Shown piece after piece: positions 12,801 to 27,899 of a DNA stretch of 64,000 nt. The first letter of the stretch is position 1; each line of letters begins with the position of its first letter. Where the stretch lies: positions 20,274,001-20,338,000 of the forward strand of contig OZ059898.1 of the NCBI GenBank assembly GCA_964057225.1, in the 5' to 3' direction. The position numbers and the translations under genes are program-made. The notes under the pieces are model-generated. The model was not told the DNA's origin. It saw only the letters and a program-made list of their open reading frames with translations, and ran no database searches. The DNA comes from Auanema rhodensis. Lineage: Eukaryota; Animalia; Nematoda.

Positions 12801-15800
12801 GTCATGGTTACCATGCACCAATATCAATAAAAATTTGTTTTTAGACTAATATGGACATGGGGAACCTAATTTTGAAAACCGCATCTCTTCATCTTTCACG
12901 TGAAGCGAGTTACATACCAAGTGCACATCACGTGTACACTTAATTAGCATAAATTAAAGTTCACGTAAATTTCAAAGTCATGGTTACCATCCACAAATAT
13001 CAACAAAAATTTGTTTTTAGACTAATATGGACATGCGAAATCTAATTTTGGAAACCGCATCTCTTTATCTTTCACGTGAAGCGAGTTACATACCAAGTGC
13101 ACATCACGTGTACACTTAATTAGCATAAATTAAAGTTCACGTAAATTTCAAAGTCATGGTTACCATGCACCAATATCAATAAAAATTTGTTTTTAGACTA
13201 ATATGGACATGCGGAATCTAATTTTAAAAACCGCATCTCTTTATCTTTCACGTGAAGCGAGTTACATACCGAGTGCACATCATGTGTACACTTAATTAGC
13301 ATAAATTAAAGTTCACGTAAATTTCAAAGTCATGGTTACCATGCACCAATATCAATAAAAATTTGTTTTTAGACTAATATGGACATGGGGAATCTAATTT
13401 TGAAAACCGCATCTCTTTATCTTTCACGTGAAGCGAGTTACATACCAAGTGCACTTCACGTGTACACTTAATTAGCATAAATTAAAGTTCACGTAAATTT
13501 CAAAGTCATGGTTACCATGCACCAATATCAATAAAAATTTGTTTTTAGACTAATATGGACATGGGGAATCTAATTTTGAAAACCGCATCTCTTTATCTTT
13601 CACGTGAAGCGAGTTACATACCAAGTGCACATCACGTGTACACTTAATTAGCATAAATTAAAGTTCACGTAAATTTCAAAGTCATGGTTACCATGCACCA
13701 ATATCAATAAAAATTTGTTTTTAGACTAATATGGACATGCGAAATCTAATTTTGAAAACCGCATCTCTTTATCTTTCACGTGAAGCGAGTTACATACCAA
13801 GTGCACATCATGTGTACACTTAATTAGCATAAATTAAAGTTCACGTAAATTTGAAAGTCATGGTTACCATCCACCAATATCAACAAAAATTTGTTTTTAG
13901 ACTAATATGGACATGGGGAACCTAATTTTGAAAACCGCATCTCTTCATCTTTCACGTGAAGCGAGTTACATACCAAGTGCACATCACGTGTACACTTAAT
14001 TAGCATAAATTAAAGTTCACGTAAATTTCAAAGTCATGGTTACCATGCACCAATATCAATAAAAATTTGTTTTTAGACTAATATGGACATGCGAAATCTA
14101 ATTTTGAAAACCGCATCGCTTTATCTTTGACGTGAAGCGAGTTACATACCAAGTGCACATCACGTGTACACTTAATAAGCATAAATTAAAGTTCACGTAA
14201 ATTTCAAAGTCATGGTTACCATGCATCAATATCAATAAAAATTCGTTTTTAGACTAATATAGACATGAGGAATCTAATTTTGAAAACCGCATCTCTTTAT
14301 CTTTCACGTGAAGCGAGTTACATACCAAGTGCACATCATGTGTACACTTAATTAGCATAAATTAAAGTACTCGTAGATTTTAAAGTCATGGTTGCCATGC
14401 ACCAATATCAATACAAATTTGTTTTTAGACTAATATAAACATGGGGAATCTAATTTTGAAAACCGCATCTCTTTATCTTTCACGTGAAGCGAGTTACATA
14501 CAAAGTGCACATCACGTGTACACTTAATTAGCATAAATTGAAGTTCACGTAAATTTCAAAGTCATGGTTACCATGCACCAATATCAATAAAAATTTGTTT
14601 TTAGACTAATATGGACATGCGAAATCTAATTTTGGAAACCGCATCTCTTTATCTTTCACGTGAAGCGAGTTACATACCAAGTGCACATCACGTGTACACT
14701 TAATTAGCATAAATTAAAGTTCACGTAAATTTCAAAGTCATGGTTACCATGCACCAATATCAATAAAAATTTGTTTTTAGACTAATATGGACATGCGAAA
14801 TCTAATTTTGAAAACCGCATCTCTTTATCTTTCACGTGAAGCGAGTTACATACCAAGTGCACATCATGTGTACACTTAATTAGCATAAATTAAAGTTCAC
14901 GTAAATTTGAAAGTCATGGTTACCATCCACCAATATCAACAAAAATTTGTTTTTAGACTAATATGGACATGGGGAACCTAATTTTGAAAACCGCATCTCT
15001 TCATCTTTCACGTGAAGCGAGTTACATACCAAGTGCACATCACGTGTACACTTAATTAGCATAAATTAAAGTTCACGTAAATTTCAAAGTCATGGTTACC
15101 ATGCACCAATATCAATAAAAATTTGTTTTTAGACTAATATGGACATGCGAAATCTAATTTTGAAAACCGCATCGCTTTATCTTTGACGTGAAGCGAGTTA
15201 CATACCAAGTGCACATCACGTGTACACTTAATAAGCATAAATTAAAGTTCACGTAAATTTCAAAGTCATGGTTACCATGCATCAATATCAATAAAAATTC
15301 GTTTTTAGACTAATATAGACATGAGGAATCTAATTTTGAAAACCGCATCTCTTTATCTTTCACGTGAAGCGAGTTACATACCAAGTGCACATCATGTGTA
15401 CACTTAATTAGCATAAATTAAAGTACTCGTAGATTTTAAAGTCATGGTTGCCATGCACCAATATCAATAAAAATTTGTTTTTAGACTAATATAAACATGG
15501 GGAATCTAATTTTGGAAACCGCATCTCTTTATCTTTCACGTGAAGCGAGTTACATACCAAGTGCACATCACGTGTACACTTAATTAGCATAAATTAAAGT
15601 TCACGTAAATTTCAAAGTCATGGTTACCATGCACCAATATCAATAAAAATTTGTTTTTAGACTAATATGGACATGCGAAATCTAATTTTGAAAACCGCAT
15701 CTCTTTATCTTTCACGTGAAGCGAGTTACATACCAAGTGCACATCATGTGTACACTTAATTAGCATAAATTAAAGTTCACGTAAATTTGAAAGTCATGGT

Positions 15801-18800
15801 TACCATCCACCAATATCAACAAAAATTTGTTTTTAGACTAATATGGACATGCGAAATCTAATTTTGAAAACCGCATCTCTTTATCTTTCACGTGAAGCGA
15901 GTTACATACCAAGTGCACATCATGTGTACACTTAATTAGCATAAATTAAAGTTCACGTAAATTTGAAAGTCATGGTTACCATCCACCAATATCAACAAAA
16001 ATTTGTTTTTAGACTAATATGGACATGGGGAACCTAATTTTGAAAACCGCATCTCTTCATCTTTCACGTGAAGCGAGTTACATACCAAGTGCACATCACG
16101 TGTACACTTAATTAGCATAAATTAAAGTTCACGTAAATTTCAAAGTCATGGTTACCATGCACCAATATCAATAAAAATTTGTTTTTAGACTAATATGGAC
16201 ATGCGAAATCTAATTTTGAAAACCGCATCGCTTTATCTTTGACGTGAAGCGAGTTACATACCAAGTGCACATCACGTGTACACTTAATAAGCATAAATTA
16301 AAGTTCACGTAAATTTCAAAGTCATGGTTACCATGCACCAATATCAATAAAAATTTGTTTTTAGACTAATATGGACATGCGAAATCTAATTTTGAAAACC
16401 GCATCTCTTTATCTTTCACGTGAAGCGAGTTACATACCAAGTGCACATCATGTGTACACTTAATTAGCATAAATTAAAGTTCACGTAAATTTGAAAGTCA
16501 TGGTTACCATCAACCAATATCAACAAAAATTTGTTTTTAGACTAATATGGACATGCGAAATCTAATTTTGAAAACCGCATCTCTTTATCTTTCACGTGAA
16601 GCGAGTTACATACCAAGTGCACATCATGTGTACACTTAATTAGCATAAATTAAAGTTCACGTAAATTTGAAAGTCATGGTTACCATCCACCAATATCAAC
16701 AAAAATTTGTTTTTAGACTAATATGGACATGGGGAACCTAATTTTGAAAACCGCATCTCTTCATCTTTCACGTGAAGCGAGTTACATACCAAGTGCACAT
16801 CACGTGTACACTTAATTAGCATAAATTAAAGTTCACGTAAATTTCAAAGTCATGGTTACCATGCACCAATATCAATAAAAATTTGTTTTTAGACTAATAT
16901 GGACATGCGAAATCTAATTTTGAAAACCGCATCGCTTTATCTTTGACGTGAAGCGAGTTACATACCAAGTGCACATCACGTGTACACTTAATAAGCATAA
17001 ATTAAAGTTCACGTAAATTTCAAAGTCATGGTTACCATGCATCAATATCAATAAAAATTCGTTTTTAGACTAATATAGACATGAGGAATCTAATTTTGAA
17101 AACCGCATCTCTTTATCTTTCACGTGAAGCGAGTTACATACCAAGTGCACATCATGTGTACACTTAATTAGCATAAATTAAAGTACTCGTAGATTTTAAA
17201 GTCATGGTTGCCATGCACCAATATCAATAAAAATTTGTTTTTAGACTAATATAAACATGGGGAATCTAATTTTGAAAACCGCATCTCTTTATCTTTCACG
17301 TGAAGCGAGTTACATACCAAGTGCACATCATGTGTACACTTAATTAGCATAAATTAAAGTTCACGTAAATTTCAAAGTCATGGTTACCATGCACCAATAT
17401 CAATAAAAATTTGTTTTTAGACTAATATGGACATGCGAAATCTAATTTTGGAAACCGCATCTCTTTATCTTTCACGTGAAGCGAGTTACATACCAAGTGC
17501 ACATCACGTGTACACTTAATTAGCATAAATTAAAGTTCACGTAAATTTCAAAGTCATGGTTACCATGCACCAATATCAATAAAAATTTGTTTTTAGACTA
17601 ATATGGTCATGGGGAATCTAATTTTGAAAACCGCATCTCTTTATCTTTCACGTGAAGCGAGTTACATACCAAGTGCACTTCACGTGTACACTTAATTAGC
17701 ATAAATTAAAGTTCACGTAAATTTCAAAGTCATGGTTACCATGCACCAAAATTAATAAAAATTTGTTTTTAGACTAATATGGACATGGGGAACCTAATTT
17801 TGAAAACCGTATCTCTTCATCTTTCACGTGAAGCGAGTTACATACCAAGTGCACATCACGTGTACACTTAATTAGCATAAATTAAAGTTCACGTAAATTT
17901 CAAAGTCATGGTTACCATTCACAAATATCAACAAAAATTTGTTTTTAGACTAATATGGACATGCGAAATCTAATTTTGGAAACCGCATCTCTTTATCTTT
18001 CACGTGAAGCGAGTTACATACCAAGTGCACATCACGTGTACACTTAATTAGCATAAATTAAAGTTCACGTAAATTTCAAAGTCATGGTTACCATGCACTA
18101 ATATCAATAAAAATTTGTTTTTAGACTAATATGGACATGCGGAATCTAATTTTGAAAACCGCATCTCTTTATCTTTCACGTGAAGCGAGTTACATACCGA
18201 GTGCACATCACGTGTACACTTAATTAGCATAAATTAAAGTTCACGTAAATTTCAAAGTCATGGTTACCATGCACCAATATCAATAAAAATTTGTTTTTAG
18301 ACTAATATGGACATGGGGAATCTAAATTTGAAAACCGCATCTCTTTATCTTTCACGTGAAGCGAGTTACATACCAAGTGCACATCACGTGTACACTTAAT
18401 TAGCATAAATTAAAGTTCACGTAAATTTCAAAGTCATGGTTACCATGCACCAATATCAATAAAAATTCGTTTTTAGACTAATATGGACATGCGAAATCTA
18501 ATTTTGAAAATCGCATCTCTTTATCTTTCACGTGAAGCGAGTTACATACCAAGTGCACATCACGTGTACACTTAATTAGCATAAATTAAAGTTCACGTAA
18601 ATTTCAAAGTCATGGTTACCATCCACCAATATCAACAAAAATTTGTTTTTAGACTAATATGGACATGGGGAATCTAATTTTGAAAACCGCATCCCTTTAT
18701 CTTTCACGTGAAGCGAGTTACATACCAAGTGCACATCACGTGTACACTTAATAAGCATAAATTAAAGTTCACGAAAATTTCAAAGTCATGATTACCATGC

Positions 18801-21800
18801 ATCAATATCAATAAAAATTCGTTTTTAGACTAATATGGACATGAGGAATCTAATTTTGAAAACCGCATCTCTTTATCTTTCACGTGAAGCGAGTTACATA
18901 CCAAGTGCACATCATGTGTACACTTAATTAGCATAAATTAAAGTTCACATAAATTTCAAAGTCATGGTTACCATGCACCAATATTAATAAAAATTTGTTT
19001 TTAGACTAATATGGACATGAGGAATCTAATTTTGAAAACCGCATCTCTTTATCTTTGAAGTGAAGCGAGTTACATACCAAGTGCACATCATGTGTACACT
19101 TAATTAGCATAAATTAAAGTTCACGTAAATTTCAAAGTCATAGTTACCATGCACCAATATCAATAAAAATTTGTTTTTAGACTAATATGGACATGGGGAA
19201 TCTAATTTTGAAAACCGCATCTCTTTATCTTTGACGTGAAGCGAGTTACATACCAAGTGCACATCATGTGTACACTTAATTAGCATAAATTAAAGTACAC
19301 GTAAACTTTAAAGTCATGGTTGCCATGCACCAATATCAATAAAAATTTGTTTTTAGACTAATATGGACATGGGGAATCTAATTTTGAAAACCGCATCTCT
19401 TTATCTTTCACGTGAAGCGAGTTACATACCAAGTGCACATCACGTGTACACTTAATTAGCATAAATTAAAGTTCACGTAAATTTCAAAGTCATGGTTACC
19501 ATGCACCAATATCAATAAAAATTTGTTTTTAGACTAATATGGACATGGGGAATCTAATGTTAAAAACCGCATCTCTTTATCTTTCACGTGAAGCGAGTTA
19601 CATACCAAGTGCACATCACGTGTACACTTAATTAGCATAAATTAAAGTACTCGTAGATTTTAAAGTCATGGTTGCCATGCACCAATATCAATAAAAATTT
19701 GTTTTTAGACTAATATAAACATGGGAAATCTAATTTTGAAAACCGCATCTCTTTATCTTTCACGTGAAGCGAGTTACATACCAAGTGCACTTCACGTGTA
19801 CACTTAATTAGCATAAATTAAAGTTCACGTAAATTTCAAAGTCATGGTTACCATGCACCAAAATTAATAAAAATTTGTTTTTAGACTAATATGGACATGC
19901 GAAATCTAATTTTGAAAACCGCATCTCTTTATCTTTGACGTGAAGCGAGTTACATACCAAGTGCACATCATGTGTACACTTAATTAGCATAAATTAAAGT
20001 TCACGTAAATTTGAAAGTCATGGTTACCATCCACCAATATCAACAAAAATTTGTTTTTAGACTAATATGGACATGGGGAACCTAATTTTGAAAACCGCAT
20101 CTCTTCATCTTTCACGTGAAGCGAGTTACATACCGAGTGCACATCACGTGTACACTTAATTAGCATAAATTAAAGTTCACGTAAATTTCAAAGTCATGGT
20201 TACCATGCACCAATATCAATAAAAATTTGTTTTTAGACTAATATGGACATGGGGAATCTAATTTTGAAAACCGCATCTCTTTATCTTTCACGTGAAGCGA
20301 GTTACATACCAAGTGCACTTCACGTGTACACTTAATTAGCATAAATTAAAGTTCACGTAAATTTCAAAGTCATGGTTACCATGCACCAATATTAATAAAA
20401 ATTTGTTTTTAGACTAATATGGACATGAGGAATCTAATTTTGAAAACCGCATCTCTTTATCTTTGACGTGAAGCGAGTTACATACCAAGTGCACATCATG
20501 TGTACACTTAATTAGCATAAATTAAAGTTCACGTAAATTTGAAAGTCATGGTTACCATCCACCAATATCAACAAAAATTTGTTTTTAGACTAATATGGAC
20601 ATGGGGAACCTAATTTTGAAAACCGCATCTCTTCATCTTTCACGTGAAGCGAGTTACATACCAAGTGCACATCACGTGTACACTTAATTAGCATAAATTA
20701 AAGTTCACGTAAATTTCAAAGTCATGGTTACCATGCACCAATATCAATAAAAATTTGTTTTTAGACTAATATGGACATGCGAAATCTAATTTTGAAAACC
20801 GCATCGCTTTATCTTTGACGTGAAGCGAGTTACATACCAAGTGCACATCACGTGTACACTTAATAAGCATAAATTAAAGTTCACGTAAATTTCAAAGTCA
20901 TGGTTACCATGCATCAATATCAATAAAAATTCGTTTTTAGACTAATATAGACATGAGGAATCTAATTTTGAAAACCGCATCTCTTTATCTTTCACGTGAA
21001 GCGAGTTACATACCAAGTGCACATCATGTGTACACTTAATTAGCATAAATTAAAGTACTCGTAGATTTTAAAGTCATGGTTGCCATGCACCAATATCAAT
21101 AAAAATTTGTTTTTAGACTAATATAAACATGGGGAATCTAATTTTGAAAACCGCATCTCTTTATCTTTCACGTGAAGCGAGTTACATACCAAGTGCACAT
21201 CACGTGTACACTTAATTAGCATAAATTGAAGTTCACGTAAATTTCAAAGTCATGGTTACCATGCACCAATATCAATAAAAATTTGTTTTTAGACTAATAT
21301 GGACATGCGAAATCTAATTTTGGAAACCGCATCTCTTTATCTTTCACGTGAAGCGAGTTACATACCAAGTGCACATCACGTGTACACTTAATTAGCATAA
21401 ATTAAAGTTCACGTAAATTTCAAAGTCATGGTTACCATGCACCAATATCAATAAAAATTTGTTTTTAGACTAATATGGTCATGGGGAATCTAATTTTGAA
21501 AACCGCATCTCTTTATCTTTCACGTGAAGCGAGTTACATACCAAGTGCACTTCACGTGTACACTTAATTAGCATAAATTAAAGTTCACGTAAATTTCAAA
21601 GTCATGGTTACCATGCACCAAAATTAATAAAAATTTGTTTTTAGACTAATATGGACATGGGGAACCTAATTTTGAAAACCGTATCTCTTTATCTTTCACG
21701 TGAAGCGAGTTACATACCAAGTGCACATCACGTGTACACTTAATTAGCATAAATTAAAGTTCACGTAAATTTCAAAGTCATGGTTACCATCCACAAATAT

Positions 21801-24800
21801 CAACAAAAATTTGTTTTTAGACTAATATGGACATGCGAAATCTAATTTTGGAAACCGCATCTCTTTATCTTTCACGTGAAGCGAGTTACATACCAAGTGC
21901 ACATCACGTGTACACTTAATTAGCATAAATTGAAGTTCACGTAAATTTCAAAGTCATGGTTACCATGCACTAATATCAATAAAAATTTGTTTTTAGACTA
22001 ATATGGACATGCGGAATCTAATTTTGAAAACCGCATCTCTTTATCTTTCACGTGAAGCGAGTTACATACCGAGTGCACATCACGTGTACACTTAATTAGC
22101 ATAAATTAAAGTTCACGTAAATTTCAAAGTCATGGTTACCATGCACCAATATCAATAAAAATTTGTTTTTAGACTAATATGGACATGGGGAATCTAATTT
22201 TGAAAACCGCATCTCTTTATCTTTCACGTGAAGCGAGTTACATACCAAGTGCACATCACGTGTACACTTAATTAGCATAAATTAAAGTTCACGTAAATTT
22301 CAAAGTCATGGTTACCATGCACCAATATCAATAAAAATTCGTTTTTAGACTAATATGGACATGCGAAATCTAATTTTGAAAATCGCATCTCTTTATCTTT
22401 CACGTGAAGCGAGTTACATACCAAGTGCACATCACGTGTACACTTAATTAGCATAAATTAAAGTTCACGTAAATTTCAAAGTCATGGTTACCATCCACCA
22501 ATATCAACAAAAATTTGTTTTTAGACTAATATGGACATGGGGAATCTAATTTTGAAAACCGCATCCCTTTATCTTTCACGTGAAGCGAGTTACATACCAA
22601 GTGCACATCACGTGTACACTTAATAAGCATAAATTAAAGTTCACGAAAATTTCAAAGTCATGATTACCATGCATCAATATCAATAAAAATTCGTTTTTAG
22701 ACTAATATGGACATGAGGAATCTAATTTTGAAAACCGCATCTCTTTATCTTTGACGTGAAGCGAGTTACATACCAAGTGCACATCATGTGTACACTTAAT
22801 TAGCATAAATTAAAGTTCACGTAAATTTCAAAGTCATAGTTACCATGCACCAATATCAATAAAAATTTGTTTTTAGACTAATATGGACATGGGCAATCTA
22901 ATTTTGAAAACCGCATCTCTTTATCTTTGACGTGAAGCGAGTTACATACCAAGTGCACATCATGTGTACACTTAATTAGCATAAATTAAAGTACACGTAA
23001 ACTTTAAAGTCATGGTTGCCATGCACCAATATCAATAAAAATTTGTTTTTAGACTAATATGGACATGGGGAATCTAATTTTGAAAACCGCATCTCTTTAT
23101 CTTTCACGTGAAGCGAGTTACATACCAAGTGCACATCACGTGTACACTTAATTAGCATAAATTAAAGTTCACGTAAATTTCAAAGTCATGGTTACCATGC
23201 ACCAATATCAATAAAAATTTGTTTTTAGACTAATATGGACATGCGAAATCTAATTTTGAAAACCGCATCTCTTTATCTTTCACGTGAAGCGAGTTACATA
23301 CCAAGTGCACATCACGTGTACACTTAATTAGCATAAATTAAAGTACACGTAAATTTTAAAGTCATGGATGCCATGCACCAATATCAATAAAAAATTGTTT
23401 TTAGACTAATATGGACATGCGAAATCTAATTTTGAAAACCGCATCTCTTTATCTTTCACGTGAAGCGAGTTACATACCAAGTGCACATCACGTGTACACT
23501 TAATTAGCATAAATTAAAGTTCACGTAAATTTCAAAGTCATGGTTACCATGCATCAATATCAATAAAAATTTGTTTTTAGACTAATATGGACATGCGAAA
23601 TCTAATTTTGGAAACCGCATCTCTTTATCTTTCACGTGAAGCGAGTTACATACCAAGTGCACATCACGTGTACATTTAATTAGCATAAATTAAAGTTCAC
23701 GTAAATTTCAAACTCATGGTTACCATGAACCAATATCAATAAAAATTTGTTTTTAGACTAATATGGACATGGAGAATCTAATTATGAAAACCGCATCTCT
23801 TTATCTTTCACGTGAAGCGAGTTACATACCAAGTGCACATCACGTGTACATTTAATTAGCATAAATTAAAGTTCACGTAAATTTCAAAGTCATGGTTACC
23901 ATGCACCAATATCAATAAAATTTTGTTTTTAGACTAATATGGATATGGGGAATCTAATTTTGAAAACCGCATCTCTTTATTTTTCACGTGAAGCGAGTTA
24001 CATACCAAGTGCACATCACGTGTACATTTAATTAGCATAAATTAAAGTTCACGTAAATTTCAAAGTCATGGTTACCATGCACCAATATCAATAAAATTTT
24101 GTTTTTAGACTAATATGGACATGGGGAATCTAATTTTGAAAACCGCATCTCTTTATCTTTCACGTGAAGCGAGTTACATACCAAGTGCACATCACGTGTA
24201 CATTTAATTAGCATAAATTAAAGTTCACGTAAATTTCAAACTCATGGTTACCATGCACCAATATCAATAAAAATTTGTTTTTAGACTAATATGGACATGG
24301 AGAATCTAATTTTGAAAACCGCATCTCTTTATCTTTCACGTGAAGCGAGTTACATACCAAGTGCACATCACGTGTACATTTAATTAGCATAAATTAAAGT
24401 TCACGTAAATTTCAAACTCATGGTTACCATGCACCAATATCAATAAAAATTTGTTTTTAGACTAATATGGACATGAGGAATCTAATTTTGAAAACCGCAT
24501 CTATTTATCTTTCACGCGAAGCGAGTTACATACCAAGTGCACATCACGTGTACATTTAATTAGCATAAAGTAAAGTTCACGTAAATTTCAAAGTCATGGT
24601 TACCATGAACCAATATCAATAAAAATTTGTTTTTAGACTCATATGGACATGGGGAATCTAATTTTGAAAACCGCATCTCTTTATCTTTCACGTGAGGCGA
24701 GTTACATACCAAGTGCACATCACGTGTACATTTAATTAGCATAAGTTAAAGTTCACGTAAATTTCAAAGTCATGGTTACCATGCACCAATATCAATAAAA

Positions 24801-27800
24801 ATTTGTTTTCAGACTAATATGGACATGGGGAATCTAATTTTGAAAACCGCATCTCTTTATCTTTCACGTGAAGCGAGTTACATACCAAGTGCACATCACG
24901 TGTACATTTAATTAGCATAAATTAAAGTTCACTTAAATTTCAAAGTCATGGTTACCATGCATCAATATCAATAAAATTTTGTTTTTAGACTAATATGGAA
25001 ATGGGGAATCTAATTTTGAAAACCGCATCTCTTTATCTTTCACGTGAAGCGAGTTACATACCAAGTGCACATCACGTGTACATTTAATTAGCATAAATTA
25101 AAGTTCACGTAAATTTCAAACTAATGGTTACCATGCACCAATATCAATAAAAATTTGTTTTTAGACTAATATGGACATGGAGAATCTAATTTTGAAAACC
25201 GCATCTCTTTATCTTTCACGTGAAGCGAGTTACATACCAAGTGCACATCACGTGTACATTTAATTAGCATAAATTAAAGTTCACGTAAATTTCAAACTCA
25301 TGGTTACCATGCACCAATATCAATAAAAATTTGTTTTTAGACTAATATGTACATGGAGAATCTAATTTTAAAAACCGCATCTCTTTATCTTTCACGTGAA
25401 GCGAGTTACATACCAAGTGCATATCACGTGTACATTTAATTAGCATAAATTAAAGTTCACGTAAATTTCAAACTCATGGTTACCATGCACCAATATCAAT
25501 AAAAATTTGTTTTTAGACTAATATGGACATGGAGAATCTATTTTTAAAAACCGCATCTCTTTATCTTTCACGTGAAGCGAGTTACATACCAAGTGCACAT
25601 CACGTGTACATTTAATTAGCATAAATTAAAGTTCACGTAAATTTCAAACTCATGGTTACCATGCACCAATATCAATAAAAATTTGTTTTTAGACTAATAT
25701 GGACATGGAGAATCTAATTTTGAAAACCGCATCTCTTTATCTTTCACGTGAAGCGAGTTACATACCAAGTGCACATCACGTGTACATTTAATTAGCATAA
25801 ATTAAAGTTCACGTAAATTTCAAACTCATGGTTACCATGCACCAATATCAATACAATTTTGTTTTTAGACTAATATGGACATGGGGAATCTAATTTTGAA
25901 AACCGCATCTCTTTATCTTTCACGTGAAGCGAGTTACATACCAAGTGCACATCACGTGTACATTTAATTAGCATAAATTAAAGTTCACTTAAATTTCAAA
26001 GTCATGGTTACCATGCATCAATATCAATAAAATTTTGTTTTTAGACTAATATGGAAATGGGGAATCTAATTTTGAAAACCGCATCTCTTTATCTTTCACG
26101 TGAAGCGAGTTACATACCAAGTGCACATCACGTGTACATTTAATTAGCATAAATTAAAGTTCACGTAAATTTCAAAGTCATGGTTACCATGCACCAATAT
26201 CAATAAAATTTTGTTTTAAGACTAATATGGACATGGGGAATCTAATTTTGAAAACCGCATCTCTTTATCTTTCACGTGAAGCGAGTTACATACCAAGTGC
26301 ACATCACGTGTACATTTAATTAGCATAAATTAAAGTTCACGTAAATTTCAAACTCATGGTTACCATGCACCAATATCAATAAAAATTTGTTTTTAGACTA
26401 ATATGGACATGGAGAATCTAATTTTGAAAACCGCATCTCTTTATCTTTCACGTGAAGCGAGTTACATACCAAGTGCACATCACGTGTACATTTAATTAGC
26501 ATAAATTAAAGTTCACGTAAATTTCAAACTCATGGTTACCATGCACCAATATCAATAAAAATTTGTTTTTAGACTAATATGGACATGGAGAATCTAATTT
26601 TGAAAACCGCATCTCTTTATCTTTCACGTGAAGCGAGTTACATACCAAGTGCACATCACGTGTACATTTAATTAGCATAAATTAAAGTTCACGTAAATTT
26701 CAAACTCATGGTTACCATGCACCAATATCAATAAAAATTTGTTTTTAGACTAATATGGACATGGAGAATCTATTTTTAAAAACCGCATCTCTTTATCTTT
26801 CACGTGAAGCGAGTTACATACCAAGTGCACATCACGTGTACATTTAATTAGCATAAATTAAAGTTCACGTAAATTTCAAACTCATGGTTACCATGCACCA
26901 ATATCAATAAAAATTTGTTTTTAGACTAATATGGACATGGAGAATCTAATTTTGAAAACCGCATCTCTTTATCTTTCACGTGAAGCGAGTTACATACCAA
27001 GTGCACATCACGTGTACATTTAATTAGCATAAATTAAAGTTCACGTAAATTTCAAAGTCATGGTTACCATGCACCAATATCAATAAAATTTTGTTTTTAG
27101 ACTAATATGGACATGGGGAATCTAATTTTGAAAACCGCATCTCTTTATCTTTCACGTGAAGCGAGTTACATACCAAGTGCACATCACGTGTACATTTAAT
27201 TAGCATAAATTAAAGTTCACGTAAATTTCAAACTCATGGTTACCATGCACCAATATCAATAAAAATTTGTTTTTAGACTAATATGGACATGGAGAATCTA
27301 ATTTTGAAAACCGCATCTCTTTATCTTTCACGTGAAGCGAGTTACATACCAAGTGCACATCACGTGTACATTTAATTAGCATAAATTAAAGTTCACGTAA
27401 ATTTCAAACTCATGGTTACCATGCACCAATATCAATACAATTTTGTTTTTAGACTAATATGGACATGGGGAATCTAATTTTGAAAACCGCATCTCTTTAT
27501 CTTTCACGTGAGGCGAGTTACATACCAAGTGCACATCACGTGTACATTTAATTAGCATAAGTTAAAGTTCACGTAAATTTCAAAGTCATGGTTACCATGC
27601 ACCAATATCAATAAAAATTTGTTTTTAGACTAATATGGACATGGGGAATCTAATTTTGAAAACCGCATCTCTTTATCTTTCACGTGAAGCGAGTTACATA
27701 CCAAGTGCACATCACGTGTACATTTAATTAGCATAAATAAAAGTTCACTTAAATTTCAAAGTCATGGTTACCATGCACCAATATCAATAAAAATTTGTTT

Positions 27801-27899
27801 TTAGACTAATATTGACATGGGGAATCTAATTTTGAAAACCGCATCTCTTTATCTTTCACGTGAAGCGAGTTACATACCAAGTGCACATCACGTGTACAT

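Larger units (their letters stand above)
1..23674. repeat. Subfamily A domain (spans both orientations)
   Basis: Monomers carry AAGTGTACAC / GTGTACACTT and share variants such as ACACATGA, TTTCGCATG, TTAGGTTCC, GGTGGATGG and ACGTCAAA on both sides of the junction. Confidence 0.92.
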
